Below are positions 12,753 through 26,389 of a stretch of DNA of 64,000 nucleotides, one piece after another. The position numbers and the translations under genes are program-made. The stretch lies in contig OZ024740.1 of assembly GCA_964016885.1 (NCBI GenBank), positions 23,932,001-23,996,000 of the forward strand. Direction: 5' to 3'. Under the pieces are notes generated by a model that was not told the DNA's origin, did not search any database, and saw only the letters and a program-made list of their open reading frames with translations. Source of the DNA: Eledone cirrhosa. Taxonomy: Eukaryota. Within the stretch, counting starts at the first letter, position 1. Each line of letters begins with the position of its first letter.

Positions 12753-14288
12753 CATGCAGCCATGTCCCTCTCTCTATATATGTGTGTGTGTGTATGTATA
12801 TGTGTGTATCATGTAGCCATGTCCTCCCCTATATATATATGTGTGTGTGTATGTATATGTGTGCATCATGTAGCCATGTCCCCCTCTATATATATGTGGG
12901 TGTGTATGTATATGTGTATATCATGTAGCCATGTCCTCCCCTATATATGTGTGTGTGTGTATGTATATGTGTGTATCATGTAGCCATGTCCTCCCCTATA
13001 TATGTGTGTGTGTGTGTATGTATATGTGTGTATCATGTAGCCATGTCCTCCCCTATATATGTGTGTGTGTGTATGTATATGTGTGTATCATGTAGCCATG
13101 TCCTCCTCTATATATATGTGTGTGTGTATGTATGTATATGTGTGTATTATGTAGCCATGTCCTCCCCTATATATATATGTATGTGTGTATGTATATGTGT
13201 GCATCATGTAGCCATGTCCCCCTATATATATATGTGTGTGTGTGTATGTATATGTGTATATCATGTAGCCATGTCCTCCCCTATATATGTGTGTGTGTGT
13301 ATGTATATGTGTGTATCATGTAGCCATGTCCTCCCCTATATATATGTGTGTGTGTGTATGTATATGTGTGTATCATGTAGCCATGTCCCCCTCTATATAT
13401 ATGTGTGTGTTTGTGTGTATGTATATGTGTGTATCATGTAGCCATGTCCTCCCCTATATATATGTGTGTGTGTGTATGTATATGTGTGTATCATATAGCC
13501 ATGTCCTCCCCTATATATATATGTGTGTGTGTGAATGTATATGTGTGTATCATGTAGCCATGTCCCCCTCTATATATATGTGTGTGTGTGTATGTATATG
13601 TGTGTATCATGTAGCCATGTCCTCCCCTATATATGTGTGTGTGTGTGTATGTATATGTGTGTATCATGTAGCCATGTCCTCCCCTATATATGTGTGTGTG
13701 TGTGTGTGTATGTATATGTGTGTATCATGTAGCCATGTCCTCCCCTATATATGTGTGTGTGTGTATGTATATGTGTGTATCATGTAGCCATGTCCCCCTC
13801 TATATATATGTGTGTGTGTGTGTGTATGTATATGTGTGTATCATGCAGCCATGTCCTCCTCTATATATATGTGTGTGTGTGTGTGTATGTATATGTGTGT
13901 ATCATGCAGCCATGTCCCCCTCTATATATATGTGTGTGTGTGTATGTATATGTGTGTATCATGTAGCCATGTCCTCCCCTATATATATATGTGTGTGTGT
14001 GTGTATGTATATGTGTGTATCATGTAGCCATGTCCCCCTCTATATATATGTGTGTGTGTGTGTGTATATATATGTGTGTATCATGTAGCCATGTCCTCCC
14101 CTATATATATGTGTGTGTGTGTATGTATATGTGTGTATCATGTAGCCATGTCCCCCTCTATATATATGTGTGTGTGTGTGTGTGAATGTATATGTGTGTA
14201 TCATATAGCCATGTCCCCCTCTATATATATGTGTGTGTGTGTGTATGTATATGTGTGTATCATGTAGCCATGTCCCCCTCTATATATA

Positions 14289-14321
<33 letters not shown>

Positions 14322-15615
14322 CATATAGCCATGTCCTCCCCTATATATATATGTGTGTGTGTATGTATATGTGTGTATCATGTAGCCATGTCCTCCCCTA
14401 TATATATATGTGTGTGTGTATGTATATGTGTGCATCATGTAGCCATGTCCCCCTCTATATATATGTGTGTGTGTGTGTGTATGTATATGTGTATATCATG
14501 TAGCCATGTCCTCCCCTATATATGTGTGTGTGTGTGTATGTATATGTGTGTATCATGTAGCCATGTCCTCCCCTATATATGTGTGTGTGTGTGTATGTAT
14601 ATGTGTGTATCATGTAGCCATGTCCTCCCCTATATATGTGTGTGTGTGTGTATGTATATGTGTGTATCATGTAGCCATGTCCCCCTCTATATATATGTGT
14701 GTGTGTATGTATATGTGTGTATCATGTAGCCATGTCCCCCTCTATATATATGTGTGTTTGTGTGTGTATGTATATGTGTGTATCATGTAGCCATGTCCCC
14801 CTCTATATATATGTGTGTTTGTGTGTGTATGTATATGTGTGTATCATGTAGCCATGTCCTCCTCTATATATATGTGTGTGTGTATGAATGTATATGTGTG
14901 TATCATGCAGCCATGTCCTCCCCTATATATATGTGTGTGTGTATGTATATGTGTGTATCATGCAGCCATGTCCCTCTCTCTATATATGTGTGTGTGTGTA
15001 TGTATATGTGTGTATCATGTAGCCATGTCCTCCTCTCTATATATGTGTGTGTGTGTATGTATATGTGTGTATCATGTAGCCATGTCCTCCCCTATATATG
15101 TGTGTGTGTGTGTGTATGTATATGTGTGTATCATGTAGCCATGTCCTCCCCTATACATGTGTGTGTGTGTATGTATATGTGTGTATCATGCAGCCATGTC
15201 CCTCTCTCTATATATGTGTGTGTGTGTATGTATATGTGTGTATCATGTAGCCATGTCCTCCTCTCTATATATGTGTGTGTGTGTATGTATATGTGTGTAT
15301 CATGTAGCCATGTCCTCCCCTATATATGTGTGTGTGTGTGTGTATGTATATGTGTGTATCATGTAGCCATGTCCTCCCCTATATATGTGTGTGTGTGTAT
15401 GTATATGTGTGTATCATGTAGCCATGTCCTCCCCTATATATGTGTGTGTGTGTGTGTATGTATATGTGTGTATCATGTAGCCATGTCCTCCCCTATATAT
15501 ATGTGTGTGTGTGTGTATGTATATGTGTGTATCATATAGCCATGTCCTCCCCTATATATGTGTGTGTGTGTGTATGTATATGTGTGTATCATGTAGCCAT
15601 GTCCTCCCCTATATA

Positions 15616-15646
<31 letters not shown>

Positions 15647-18600
15647 CATGTAGCCATGTCCTCCCCTATATATGTGTGTGTGTGTATGTATATGTGTGTA
15701 TCATGTAGCCATGTCCTCCCCTATATATGTGTGTGTGTGTGTATATGTATATGTATATGTGTGTATCATGTAGCCTTGTCCTCCCCTATATATGTGTGTG
15801 TGTGTGTATGTATATGTGTGTATCATGCAGCCATGTCCCTCTCTCTCTATATGTGTGTGTGTGTATGTATATGTGTGTATCATGTAGCCATGTCCTCTCC
15901 TATATATATATGTGTGTGTGTATGTATATGTGTGCATCATGTAGCCATGTCCCCCTCTATATATATGTGGGTGTGTGTGTGTATGTATATGTGTATATCA
16001 TGTAGCCATGTCCTCCCCTATATATGTGTGTGTGTGTATGTATATGTGTGTGTCATGTAGCCATGTCCTCCCCTATATATGTGTGTGTGTGTATGTATAT
16101 GTGTGTATCATGTAGCCATGGCCTCCTCTATATATATGTGTGTGTGTATGTATGTATATGTGTGTATTATGTAGCCATGTCCTCCCCTATATATATGTGT
16201 GTGTGTGTATGTATATGTGTGTATCATGTAGCCATGTCCCCCTCTATATATATGTGTGTGTGTGTGTGTATGTATATGTGTGTATCATGTAGCCATGTCC
16301 TCCCCTATATATATGTGTGTGTGTGTATGTATATGTGTGTATCATATAGCCATGTCCTCCCCTATATATATATGTGTGTGTGTGTATGTATATGTGTGTA
16401 TCATGTAGCCATGTCCCCCTCTATATATATGTGTGTGTGTGTATGTATATGTGTGTATCATGTAGCCATGTCCTCCCCTATATATGTGTGTGTGTGTGTA
16501 TGTATATGTGTGTATCATGTAGCCATGTCCTCCCCTATATATGTGTGTGTGTGTGTGTGTATGTATATGTGTGTATCATGTAGCCATGTCCTCCCCTATA
16601 TATGTGTGTGTGTGTATGTATATGTGTGTATCATGTAGCCATGTCCCCCTCTATATATATGTGTGTGTGTGTGTGTATGTATATGTGTGTATCATGCAGC
16701 CATGTCCTCCTCTATATATATGTGTGTGTGTGTGTGTATGTATATGTGTGTATCATGCAGCCATGTCCCCCTCTATATATGTGTGTGTGTGTGTATGTAT
16801 ATGTGTGTATCATGTAGCCCTATCCTCCCCTATATATATATGTGTGTGTGTGTGTATGTATATGTGTGTATCATGTAGCCATGTCCCCCTCTATATATAT
16901 GTGTGTGTGTGTGTGTGTGTATATGTGTATATCATATAGCCATGTCCTCCCCTATATATATATGTGTGTGTGTATGTATATGTGTGTATCATGTAGCCAT
17001 GATCTCCCCTATATATATATGTGTGTGTGTATGTATATGTGTGCATCATGTAGCCATGTCCCCCTCTATATATATGTGTGTGTGTGTGTGTATGTATATG
17101 TGTATATCATGTAGCCATGTCCTCCCCTATATATGTGTGTGTGTGTATGTATATGTGTGTATCATGTAGCCATGTCCTCCCCTATATATGTGTGTGTGTG
17201 TGTATGTATATGTGTGTATCATGTAGCCATGTCCTCCCCTATATATGTGTGTGTGTGTGTATGTATATGTGTGTATCATGTAGCCATGTCCCCCTCTATA
17301 TATATGTGTGTGTGTATGTATATGTGTGTATCATGTAGCCATGTCCCCCTCTATATATATGTGTGTTTGTGTGTGTATGTATATGTGTGTATCATGTAGC
17401 CATGTCCTCCTCTATATATATGTGTGTGTGTATGTATGTATATGTGTGTATCATGCAGCCATGTCCTCCCCTATATATATGTGTGTGTGTATGTATATGT
17501 GTGTATCATGCAGCCATGTCCCTCTCTCTATATATGTGTGTGTGTGTATGTATATGTGTGTATCATGTAGCCATGTCCTCCTCTCTATATATGTGTGTGT
17601 GTGTATGTATATGTGTGTATCATGTAGCCATGTCCTCCCCTATATATGTGTGTGTGTGTGTGTATGTATATGTGTGTATCATGTAGCCATGTCCTCCCCT
17701 ATACATGTGTGTGTGTGTATGTATATGTGTGTATCATGCAGCCATGTCCCTCTCTCTATATATGTGTGTGTGTGTATGTATATGTGTGTATCATGTAGCC
17801 ATGTCCTCCTCTCTATATATGTGTGTGTGTGTATGTATATGTGTGTATCATGTAGCCATGTCCTCCCCTATATATGTGTGTGTGTGTGTGTATGTATATG
17901 TGTGTATCATGTAGCCATGTCCTCCCCTATATATGTGTGTGTGTGTGTGTATGTATATGTGTGTATCATGTAGCCATGTCCTCCCCTATATATGTGTGTG
18001 TGTGTGTGTATGTATATGTATGTATCATGTAGCCATGTCCTCCCCTATATATATGTGTGTGTGTGTGTATGTATATGTGTGTATCATATAGCCATGTCCT
18101 CCCCTATATATGTGTGTGTGTGTGTATGTATATGTGTGTATCATGTAGCCATGTCCTCCCCTATATATGTGTGTGTGTGTGTATGTATATGTGTGTATCA
18201 TGTAGCCATGTCCTCCCCTATATATGTGTGTGTGTGTATGTATATGTGTGTATCATGTAGCCATGTCATCCCCTATATATGTGTGTGTGTGTGTATATGT
18301 ATATGTGTGTATCATGTAGCCTTGTCCTCCCCTATATATGTGTGTGTGTGTGTATGTATATGTGTGTATCATGCAGCCATGTCCCTCTCTCTATATATGT
18401 GTGTGTGTGTATGTATATGTGTGTATCATGTAGCCATGTCCTCCCCTATATATATATGTGTGTGTGTATGTATATGTGTGCATCATGTAGCCATGTCCCC
18501 CTCTATATATATGTGGGTGTGTGTGTGTATGTATATGTGTATATCATGTAGCCATGTCCTCCCCTATATATGTGTGTGTGTGTATGTATATGTGTGTGTC

Positions 18601-19645
18601 ATGTAGCCATGTCCTCCCCTATATATGTGTGTGTGTGTATGTATATCTGTGTATCATGTAGCCATGTCCTCCTCTATATATATGTGTGTGTGTATGTATG
18701 TATATGTGTGTATTATATAGCCATGTCCTCCCCTATATATATATGTATGTGTGTATGTATATGTGTGCATCATGTAGCCATGTCCCCCTCTATATATATG
18801 TGTGTGTGTGTGTATGTATATGTGTATATCATGTAGCCATGTCCTCCCCTATATATGTGTGTGTGTGTATGTATATGTGTGTATCATGTAGCCATGTCCT
18901 CCCCTATATATATGTGTGTGTGTGTATGTATATGTGTGTATCATGTAGCCATGTCCCCCTCTATATATATGTGTGTGTGTGTGTGTATGTATATGTGTGT
19001 ATCATGTAGCCATGTCCTCCCCTATATATATGTGTGTGTGTGTATGTATATGTGTGTATCATATAGCCATGTCCTCCCCTATATATATGTGTGTGTGTGT
19101 ATGTATATGTGTGTATCATATAGCCATGTCCCCCTCTATATATATGTGTGTGTGTGTGTATGTATATGTGTGTATCATGTAGCCATGTCCTCCCCTATAT
19201 ATGTGTGTGTGTGTGTATGTGTATATCATGTAGCCATGTCCTCCCCTATATATGTGTGTGTGTGTATGTATATGTGTGTATCATGTAGCCATGTCCCCCT
19301 CTCTATATATGTGTGTGTGTGTATGTATATGTGTGTATCATATAGCCATGTCCCCCTCTATATATATGTGTGTGTGTGTATGTATATGTGTGTATCATGT
19401 AGCCATGTCCTCCCCTATATATATGTGTGTGTGTATGTATATGTGTGTATCATGTAGCCATGTGCTCCCCTATATATATGTGTGTGTGTATGTATATGTG
19501 TGTATCATATAGCCATATCCCCCTCTATATATATGTGTGTGTGTGTGTATGTATATGTGTGTATCATGTAGCCATGTCCTCCCCTATATATATGTGTGTG
19601 TGTGTGTTTGTGGATGTACCATGTAGCCATGTCCCCCTATACATG
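6430..19645. repeat. ~13 kb minisatellite, ~55-63 bp unit ATCATGTAGCCATGTCC(T/C)CC(C/T)C(TA)n(TG)nTATGTATATGTGTGT, roughly 220 copies, with higher-order repeats
   Basis: A constant ATCATGTAGCCATGTCC core recurs throughout. The variant CATGTACCC at 7303, 8872 and 10441 gives a 1569-bp period. CTATACATG at 12141, 15151 and 17699 gives 3010- and 2548-bp blocks. Units decay at both edges. Confidence 0.97.
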
Positions 19646-19764
19646 TGTCACGTGTCCAGGTGGTCTACCAACCAGTAAACAATATATAATATTTGAAATT
19701 ATAAAATAATTAGATTTCGAAATTTATAAAAATCCGTTCGAAGTGTTTCATGTAAATCAATGCC

Positions 19765-20690
19765 ACATACCTTCTTCTATATAGACTATATATACCCTAT
19801 ATATACACTATATATACTATATACCCTATATATACACCATACCTTCTTCTATATACACTATATATACACTATATATACCCTATATATACTATATACCCTA
19901 TATATGCACTATACCTTCTTCTATATACACTATATATACACTATATATACACTATATATACCCTATATATATATACTATATACACTATATATACACTATA
20001 CCTTCTTCTATATACACTATATATACACTACATATATACTATATACCCTATATATACACTATACCTTCTTCTATATACACTATATATACACTATATATAC
20101 TATATACTCTATATATACACTTTACCTTCTTCTATAGACACTAGATATACACTATATATACCCTATATATACACTATATATACACTATATATACCCTATA
20201 TATACACTATATATATACTATATACCCTATATATACTATATACCCTATATATACTATATACCCTATATATACACTATACCTTCTTCTATATACACTATAT
20301 ATACACTATATATACCCTATATATACACAATATATACTATATACCCTATATATACACTATACCTTCTACATACACTATATATACACTATATATACTATAT
20401 ACCTTATATATACACTATACCTTCTTCTATATACACTATACATACCCTATATATACCCTATATATATACTATACGTTCTTCTATATACACTATATATACA
20501 CTATATATACTCTATATATACACTATATATACACTATACCTTCTTCTATATACACTATATATACACTATATATACACTATATATACACACTGTATACACT
20601 ATACCTTCTTCTATTTACACTATATACACTATACACACCCTATACACACATACCTTCTACTATACGCACTATACACCCTATACACCATCA
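19765..20690. repeat. Compound minisatellite of TATATACAC / TATATACCC / TATACCTTCTTC modules
   Basis: The motif CTATACCTTCTTCTATATACAC recurs more than 10 times, separated by variable numbers of 9-11 bp modules. Confidence 0.9.
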
Positions 20691-20801
20691 AACCACCACA
20701 CCTCCACTAATACATTACTACACTACCAACATCATTACATTTATTTAGACTGTGCACATACATTAAACCACCAGACTTATACAAACACACAAACACAAAT
20801 C

Positions 20802-20990
<189 letters not shown>

Positions 20991-21070
20991 AAAGAGATGA
21001 AATCGAAAATATATATATATATAATTCTCTGAAATATTATTTATACTTATTGATTATTACTACAATCAAT

Positions 21071-21243
21071 TACCACATTTTCCGGCGTCGAAGACCCTAC
21101 TTTTTTCCTAAGATAAGTCTCAAAAATCAGCCATGCGCCCTGGAGGCCGAATGGTGTTTATTATTAATTTTTCAAATATTTGGTTGTCAAAATTAGGGTG
21201 CGTCCTCGAGGACGAAGCGTCTTCCGCTCCGGGAAATACTGTA
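21071..21243. mobile_element. Tc1/mariner-pogo-type MITE
   Basis: Imperfect TIRs: left TA-CCACATTTTCCGGCGTCGAAGAC, right (reverse complement) TA-CAGTATTTCCCGGAGCGGAAGAC. TA at both ends. Confidence 0.7.
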
Positions 21244-21279
21244 CGTTGGGATGACTATATATCAAATTTCATATTATTA

Positions 21280-21478
21280 GTGGATTGGCAGTATCGGTAG
21301 AGGGTCGGACGCCATGCTTTGACGCATAGAGTTACGGCCCTTGCCATTCTGAGTTCAAATCCCGCCGAGGTTAACTTTGCCTTTCATCCTTATGGGGTCG
21401 ATAAAATAAAGTACCAGTAATACACTGGGTAATTGCTGGCCTTGTGCCAAAAGTAGAAACAATTATCTTATCATGCGT
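21280..21478 (+). mobile_element. tRNA-derived SINE, copy A
   Basis: Head GGATTGGCAGTATCGG, B-box GAGTTCAAATCCC, central ACTTTGCCTTTCATCCTTATGGGGTCGATAAAATAAAGTACCAG, tail GGCCTTGTGCC...TAGAAACAATTAT. Confidence 0.9.
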
Positions 21479-21768
21479 TGACTTTGCCTTAAAGTTCCAG
21501 TAATACATTGGGATAATTGCTGGCCTTGTGCCAAATATAGAAACAATTATCTTATCATGCGTGAGCGGTAGATTGGCAGTATCGGTAGAGAGTCGGACGC
21601 CATGCTTTGACGCATTGAGTTACGGCCCTTGTCATTCTGAGTTCAAATCCCGCCGAGGTTAACTTTGTCTTTCATCCTTACGGGGTCGATAAAATAAAGT
21701 ACCTGTAATACACTGGCGTAATAGCTTGCCTTGTGCCAAAAGTAGAAACAATTATCTTATCATGCGTG
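21479..21768 (+). mobile_element. Partial SINE (21479-21562) plus full SINE copy B (21564-21768), in tandem with copy A
   Basis: Same motifs as copy A. All three units end in the same extra word CTTATCATGCGT. Confidence 0.88.
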
Positions 21769-22029
21769 TTTTCACTGTATTACCGACTACATCCCTCTGT
21801 ACCCTGGGTAGGTGCAGTCCTTACTAGGACTATATTCTGTACACTGGATATATATTTACGGCGATTCTGTAACATATTATCCTTTACTCAAAGTAAATAT
21901 GTTGTGATATTCTAAGTTTTCTTTGCCCAGATGTTAATCTTGTACTGTTTCGAAACTGTACGAGATTAACCTTTTTGCTGACAATCCTTGTAATAATAAT
22001 ATTGGTTTCTGTACATGGTGTCATAAATG

Positions 22030-22578
22030 AAATGAGAGAGCTAGAGAGTGATAAGATAAAGCTCTTATGGGACTTCCTAATTCAGACCGAGATGGAAATT
22101 GAACATAACAGACCAAATATTGTTGTAATTGAAATGGAGGTAATAAACTGTACACCCACAGATGTAGTAAGTCCTTTTGACACCAGAACTGAACGGAAAA
22201 GGGAGAATATAGCGGCTCATAGCTTAAAATATGAGATCTTTAAATACTGGTGCAATGAAATGAAGACAGTCACCATTTTCCCAGTGGTTGTTGGTGCTGT
22301 TGGTATGGTGACAAAGAACCTTGAAAACTACCTGTCTAAAATAAGTTTTCCACCAGGGATTGAACCACTCCAGAAGACATGCCTCATAGGAACATCCCGG
22401 TTATCTGGAACGATTCTGGACTACCAGCAATAATGAAATGCCAAGGAATGATATGGAAATGCTGGAGTTACCCTAGGTTACGAGTTGTAGCTCGGCACTC
22501 CCTGAAATAACCAACCAAAACCAACATCAACATTTGTCCTGATAATTAGTCAAATAACAATAATAATAATAATAATAA
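22030..22578 (+). mobile_element. 5'-truncated RLE-type non-LTR retrotransposon (R4/Dong-like): endonuclease C-terminus, 3' UTR and (TAA)n tail
   Basis: ORF 21975-22433 reads KLLWDFLIQTE..IEHNRPNIVVI...DV.SPFD...LKYEI..W...PVVVGAVG.V...LQK.CLIGT.R. This is the restriction-like endonuclease end of R4/Dong ORFs, with the catalytic RPD changed to RPN. It ends in AAT repeats. Confidence 0.88.
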
Positions 22579-22761
22579 TTGTTTTACTTTTGGCACAAGG
22601 CCAGCAATTAACCAGTGTATTACTGGTACTTTATTTTATCGACCCCGTAAGGATGAACGACAAAGTTAACATCGGCGTGATTTGAACCCAGATCATAAAG
22701 GGCCGTAACTCTTTGCAGCAAAGCATGGCGTGCGACCCTCTACCGATACTGCCAATCAACC
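22577..22761 (-). mobile_element. SINE copy C
   Basis: Reverse complement of the copy A motifs. It shares the (AAT)n tract with the end of the RLE LINE. Confidence 0.88.
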
Positions 22762-22780
22762 ATTAATCATAATAATAATA

Positions 22781-22968
22781 GGGCGGTGGATTGGCAGTAT
22801 CGGTAGAGGGTCGGACGCCATGCTTTCCAGCATAGTTACGTCCCTTTACGATCTGAGTTCAAATCCCGCCGAGGTTGACTTTGCCTTTCATCCTTACGGG
22901 GTCGATAAAATAAAGTACCAGTAATGCACTGGATAATTGCTGGCCTTGTGCCTAAAGTAGAAACAATT
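22781..22968 (+). mobile_element. SINE copy D with apparent target-site duplication
   Basis: Full head GGGCGGTGGATTGGCAG. Flanked by ATTAATCATAATAATAATA at 22762-22780 and 22966-22984. Confidence 0.9.
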
Positions 22969-22991
22969 AATCATAATAATAATAATAATAA

Positions 22992-23206
22992 TGATTTCTA
23001 CTATAGGCACAAGGCCAGTAATTTGGTGGGAGGGGAAAGTTGATTAAATCGACCCCTGTACGTTACTGGTACTTTATTTTATCGACCCCGTAAAGATGAA
23101 AGGCAAAGTTAACCTCGGAGGATTTAAATTCAGATCATAAAGGGCCTTAACTCTATGCTGAAAAGCATGGTGCCCGACTCTCTACCGATACTGCCAATCC
23201 GCCGCT
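22992..23206 (-). mobile_element. SINE copy E (longer variant)
   Basis: Reverse complement of the same SINE. It retains a GGGGTCGATTTAATC..TTCCCCTCCC segment missing from copies A-D. Confidence 0.88.
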
Positions 23207-23215
23207 CTTGTAATA

Positions 23216-23405
23216 ATGGTTTCTTGCATAGGCACAAGGCCAGCAATTTTCGGGGAGGGGAAACTCGATTAAATCGACCCTAGTACGTTACTGGTACTTT
23301 ATTTTATCGACCCCCGTAAGGATGAAAGGCAAAGTTAAACTCAGTGGTATTTGAACTCAGATCATAAAGGGGTGACTCTCTACCGTTACTGCAAATCCGC
23401 CGCCC
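23216..23405 (-). mobile_element. SINE copy F (longer variant, deletion in head)
   Basis: Tandem relative of copy E with ~25-30 bp missing from the tRNA-like head. Confidence 0.85.
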
Positions 23406-24512
23406 TAGTAATAATAATGGTAATAATAATAATCTTGGAAGAGGAAATGCCACGATGGGCCTACATTCTTTGAGAGTAACGATAAAGCGAAAGCTTAGAG
23501 AAGGCACTATTGGAAGGAAGCAGTCTGAGACGACACTTGGTTCCATTTGCTTTTCAGTTCTCATATAGTTAATGCACGAGTTCTATTAACAGAAACATAG
23601 GCTAGTTTAAATATTGAGATATCAGTCTCAGAAGAGGTTTGAGCTTGAAATGTAAATATATATAACTAAATACAACAAAGCTATTTTATCAACATTCCTA
23701 CAGATTCTGCCACTCCAACAAACAGCTTTAAATAGAAATAATTAAAAAACAGAAAATCGCAAGAAAATAGTAAATTGGAATGAACCCAAGAACAGAGAGA
23801 AATGAATGCCAAAACGAAACGAAACGGAAGAAATAGAAAATGAAAAATGAGTAAAAACAAAGAGAAAATATTATTAGTTAGAGAAGAGATTAAAGGGAAC
23901 GGATAAAGATAAGAAAACCTGAAAGAATTATATGATAAATTATGTATGGAAAGATAAATAGATAGTTGGAAAGATAGGTATATAGATAGGTAGAAGGAAA
24001 AAAATAATGATAAATATACACGAGAAATAGAAATAAAAAAATTAGAGTACACAGGGAGATAATAAGCAAGCACTATATCATGTATATTGAAAAAGAAAAC
24101 CTGAAATGGTGAAATTCTGTTTATGGAAACATATTTTAATTTCACTGTAATGGAATTTTGAAATGTCTAATCATGATTTTGCTGTTGGGTATTCTCTAGA
24201 GTTATCACCAATTCTTTGCTATTTTAGAATTTTTTTCTTTTCATCTTAGAATAAAAATTGAAAGTAGTTTTGTTTGGAACAATGTAAGGAATATGTGACA
24301 TTACCAAGACCTGACGTAACACTACTAAAAGCTAAACTTACAATCAAACCATTGCCTACTCCTACTTATCTCGGTCCATTTTGTATACTTATTTATCTAG
24401 ATAATATTTTCTCCTATGAAAACAAATTTTCTAATTTTTTTCTCAACTAGTATCCACATATACCTATATTCCACTACCTCTTTTTCTTCTTTTCCTACAC
24501 ATTTCTGTCTGC

Positions 24513-24517
<5 letters not shown>

Positions 24518-24601
<84 letters not shown>
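24518..24601. repeat. (CT)n microsatellite
   Basis: About 42 perfect CT units. Confidence 0.98.
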
Positions 24602-24603
<2 letters not shown>

Positions 24604-24839
24604 GCACATGCACATAAACAGCACACACATATGTATGTATGTATATATGCTAACGACGAGACACCATGTATTGTGTCCGTAATTGGAATATTATCATTTG
24701 ATTGTATGTGTATAGGCATCCATATGTATATGTATGTGTGTATATACATGTGTATGTATGTGTGTAGACAGGCATCTATGTCTGTGTGTATGTATGTATA
24801 TGGATATATATGTCTATGTTGGTGCTACTGGTAACATGT

Positions 24840-25220
24840 ATTCCAGTACAACCTGTCCCATGGTCGGGTCGTTGGCGACTAAACTGGCAACCCCACAAAG
24901 GTTTCTTGGTGAGGAGGGTGACTTTGGACATCATGCAGGACTAAAAACAAAACCTGTTAAAGGGCAAAGGAGCTCTTAAGAGTCAATGGCCATCCAAAAT
25001 CACCGGGAGAGATGACCCCTTAGCATTTGTCAAGGCAGAATTCTAGGAGAAGGAAAACTCTGATATAACACCTGCAACCCTGATGGTATCCAATTATGTT
25101 GACTTGTTCTTCTTTTTGGTAAATATCATCTTGGTTAAGAGAATGGGACTGGCTTTGTGCAGTGCCTTTGCTCACTATAAAAGCTTCACGGCACAGGCAT
25201 TGCGAGTTGGCAGCCACCAT
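24840..25220 (+). mobile_element. Possible RTE-type LINE 5'-UTR-related repeat
   Basis: GC-richer island containing CTAGGAGAAGGAAAACTCTGAT, a motif I recall from RTE 5' UTRs. No ORF follows. Confidence 0.4.
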
Positions 25221-25329
25221 GTATGTATGTATGTATGTATGTTATATATCCGTATATGGTTGATGGCTGAGAGAAATGAGTACTCAATATCGAAGTACAG
25301 TTTTCTCCCCATGTACTCTTAAAATAATG

Positions 25330-25363
<34 letters not shown>

Positions 25364-26351
25364 CTAGCAGTGATACCCGGCGTTGCACGGGATAAAGTAT
25401 TTTGGAATGCGGGCCGCCAACAGACCTAATCGTGGGAAAACTGCAAGCCTGGACACTATGTCAAGAAAATAAACAGAATACACTGATGGCTGGATAATCT
25501 TTAAGATTTTCCTCAATGAAGCAGGAACAATGCAGGTTTTCACCTAATGCGGGCCCTAGGAGATCAAGAAAATGAAATTTGTTTATGTGCATAATATGCT
25601 TTGAAATTTCGGGAAAATCGGCTAGACGTAACGCCTCCAAAAAGCCCTAAAAAGCTGAAAAACTGAAGTTCTTCACCTAATGCGGGCCCTGGTCAAACAA
25701 AAATTGGATTTTCTTTACACACGGTAAGAAGAAGAAACTGACTAATACTTAGTTACAATTTCAAGGAAATCGGTCTGACGTAACGCCTAAAAAAAAACCT
25801 AAAAAGCCTACTAGCCGTAAGCAACTAATCATATCCTTTCTAACTTGATCGCTGCCACGTCACGAATCTTAGCCATTTTTTAATGTATTCTTGGCGCGAT
25901 CACTTTGGAAAATTAATTGTCTAAATTTGAGCTAACTCCTGAAGAGTCCGGTGCTCTAGATTTCCAATAATATCGGATATCTTAAAATGCGGACGAAACC
26001 ATGGTAGAGGTAACTAAATATGTTCACTTTCCTTCGAGTTTATTTTACACCTAATTCTGTTTAGTTGACTGTATATCTGGTCGATTTATACACGCTGTCG
26101 AAATACTCGATAAATACTCCGTCGCAACCACCGCGAAGGGCTGCTTTTGGTTATTTCTCGGAGATTTCTTCATAGGAGCATTTATTCTTATAGCTTGATC
26201 TAATTGATTTTTTATATGGTTAATTATGTTAATTGGGAGAGGCAACGGTATATATTTTATCTGGTGATTCTATAGACATGTTTTATGATATATAGCTCTG
26301 ATTATTTAATTTATTAATTCTTCATTGAGCCACAAAGTGATCCGTTGCAAA

Positions 26352-26389
<38 letters not shown>

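Noticed and set aside
6430-19645. CRISPR-like array (constant core with variable spacers)
   Set aside because: The spacers are only length variants of (TA)n(TG)n, not unique sequences. There are no cas genes and the context is eukaryotic.
6352-20137. Dozens of Cys/Val/Tyr/Met-rich ORFs resembling metallothionein
   Set aside because: These are translations of the minisatellite, and the frame changes with every dinucleotide length change.
21280-21370. tRNA genes at SINE heads (also 1450-1526)
   Set aside because: A and B boxes are present but there is no complete cloverleaf, and they continue into SINE bodies.
23681-24145. 154-aa hydrophobic ORF on the minus strand
   Set aside because: It is the complement of A-rich low-complexity and (GATA)n sequence, which yields F/L/S/I-rich artefacts.
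25935-25965. CTGAAGAG as a hammerhead core (also 26600 and 52110)
   Set aside because: No stem II closed by GAAA and no stem I or III.
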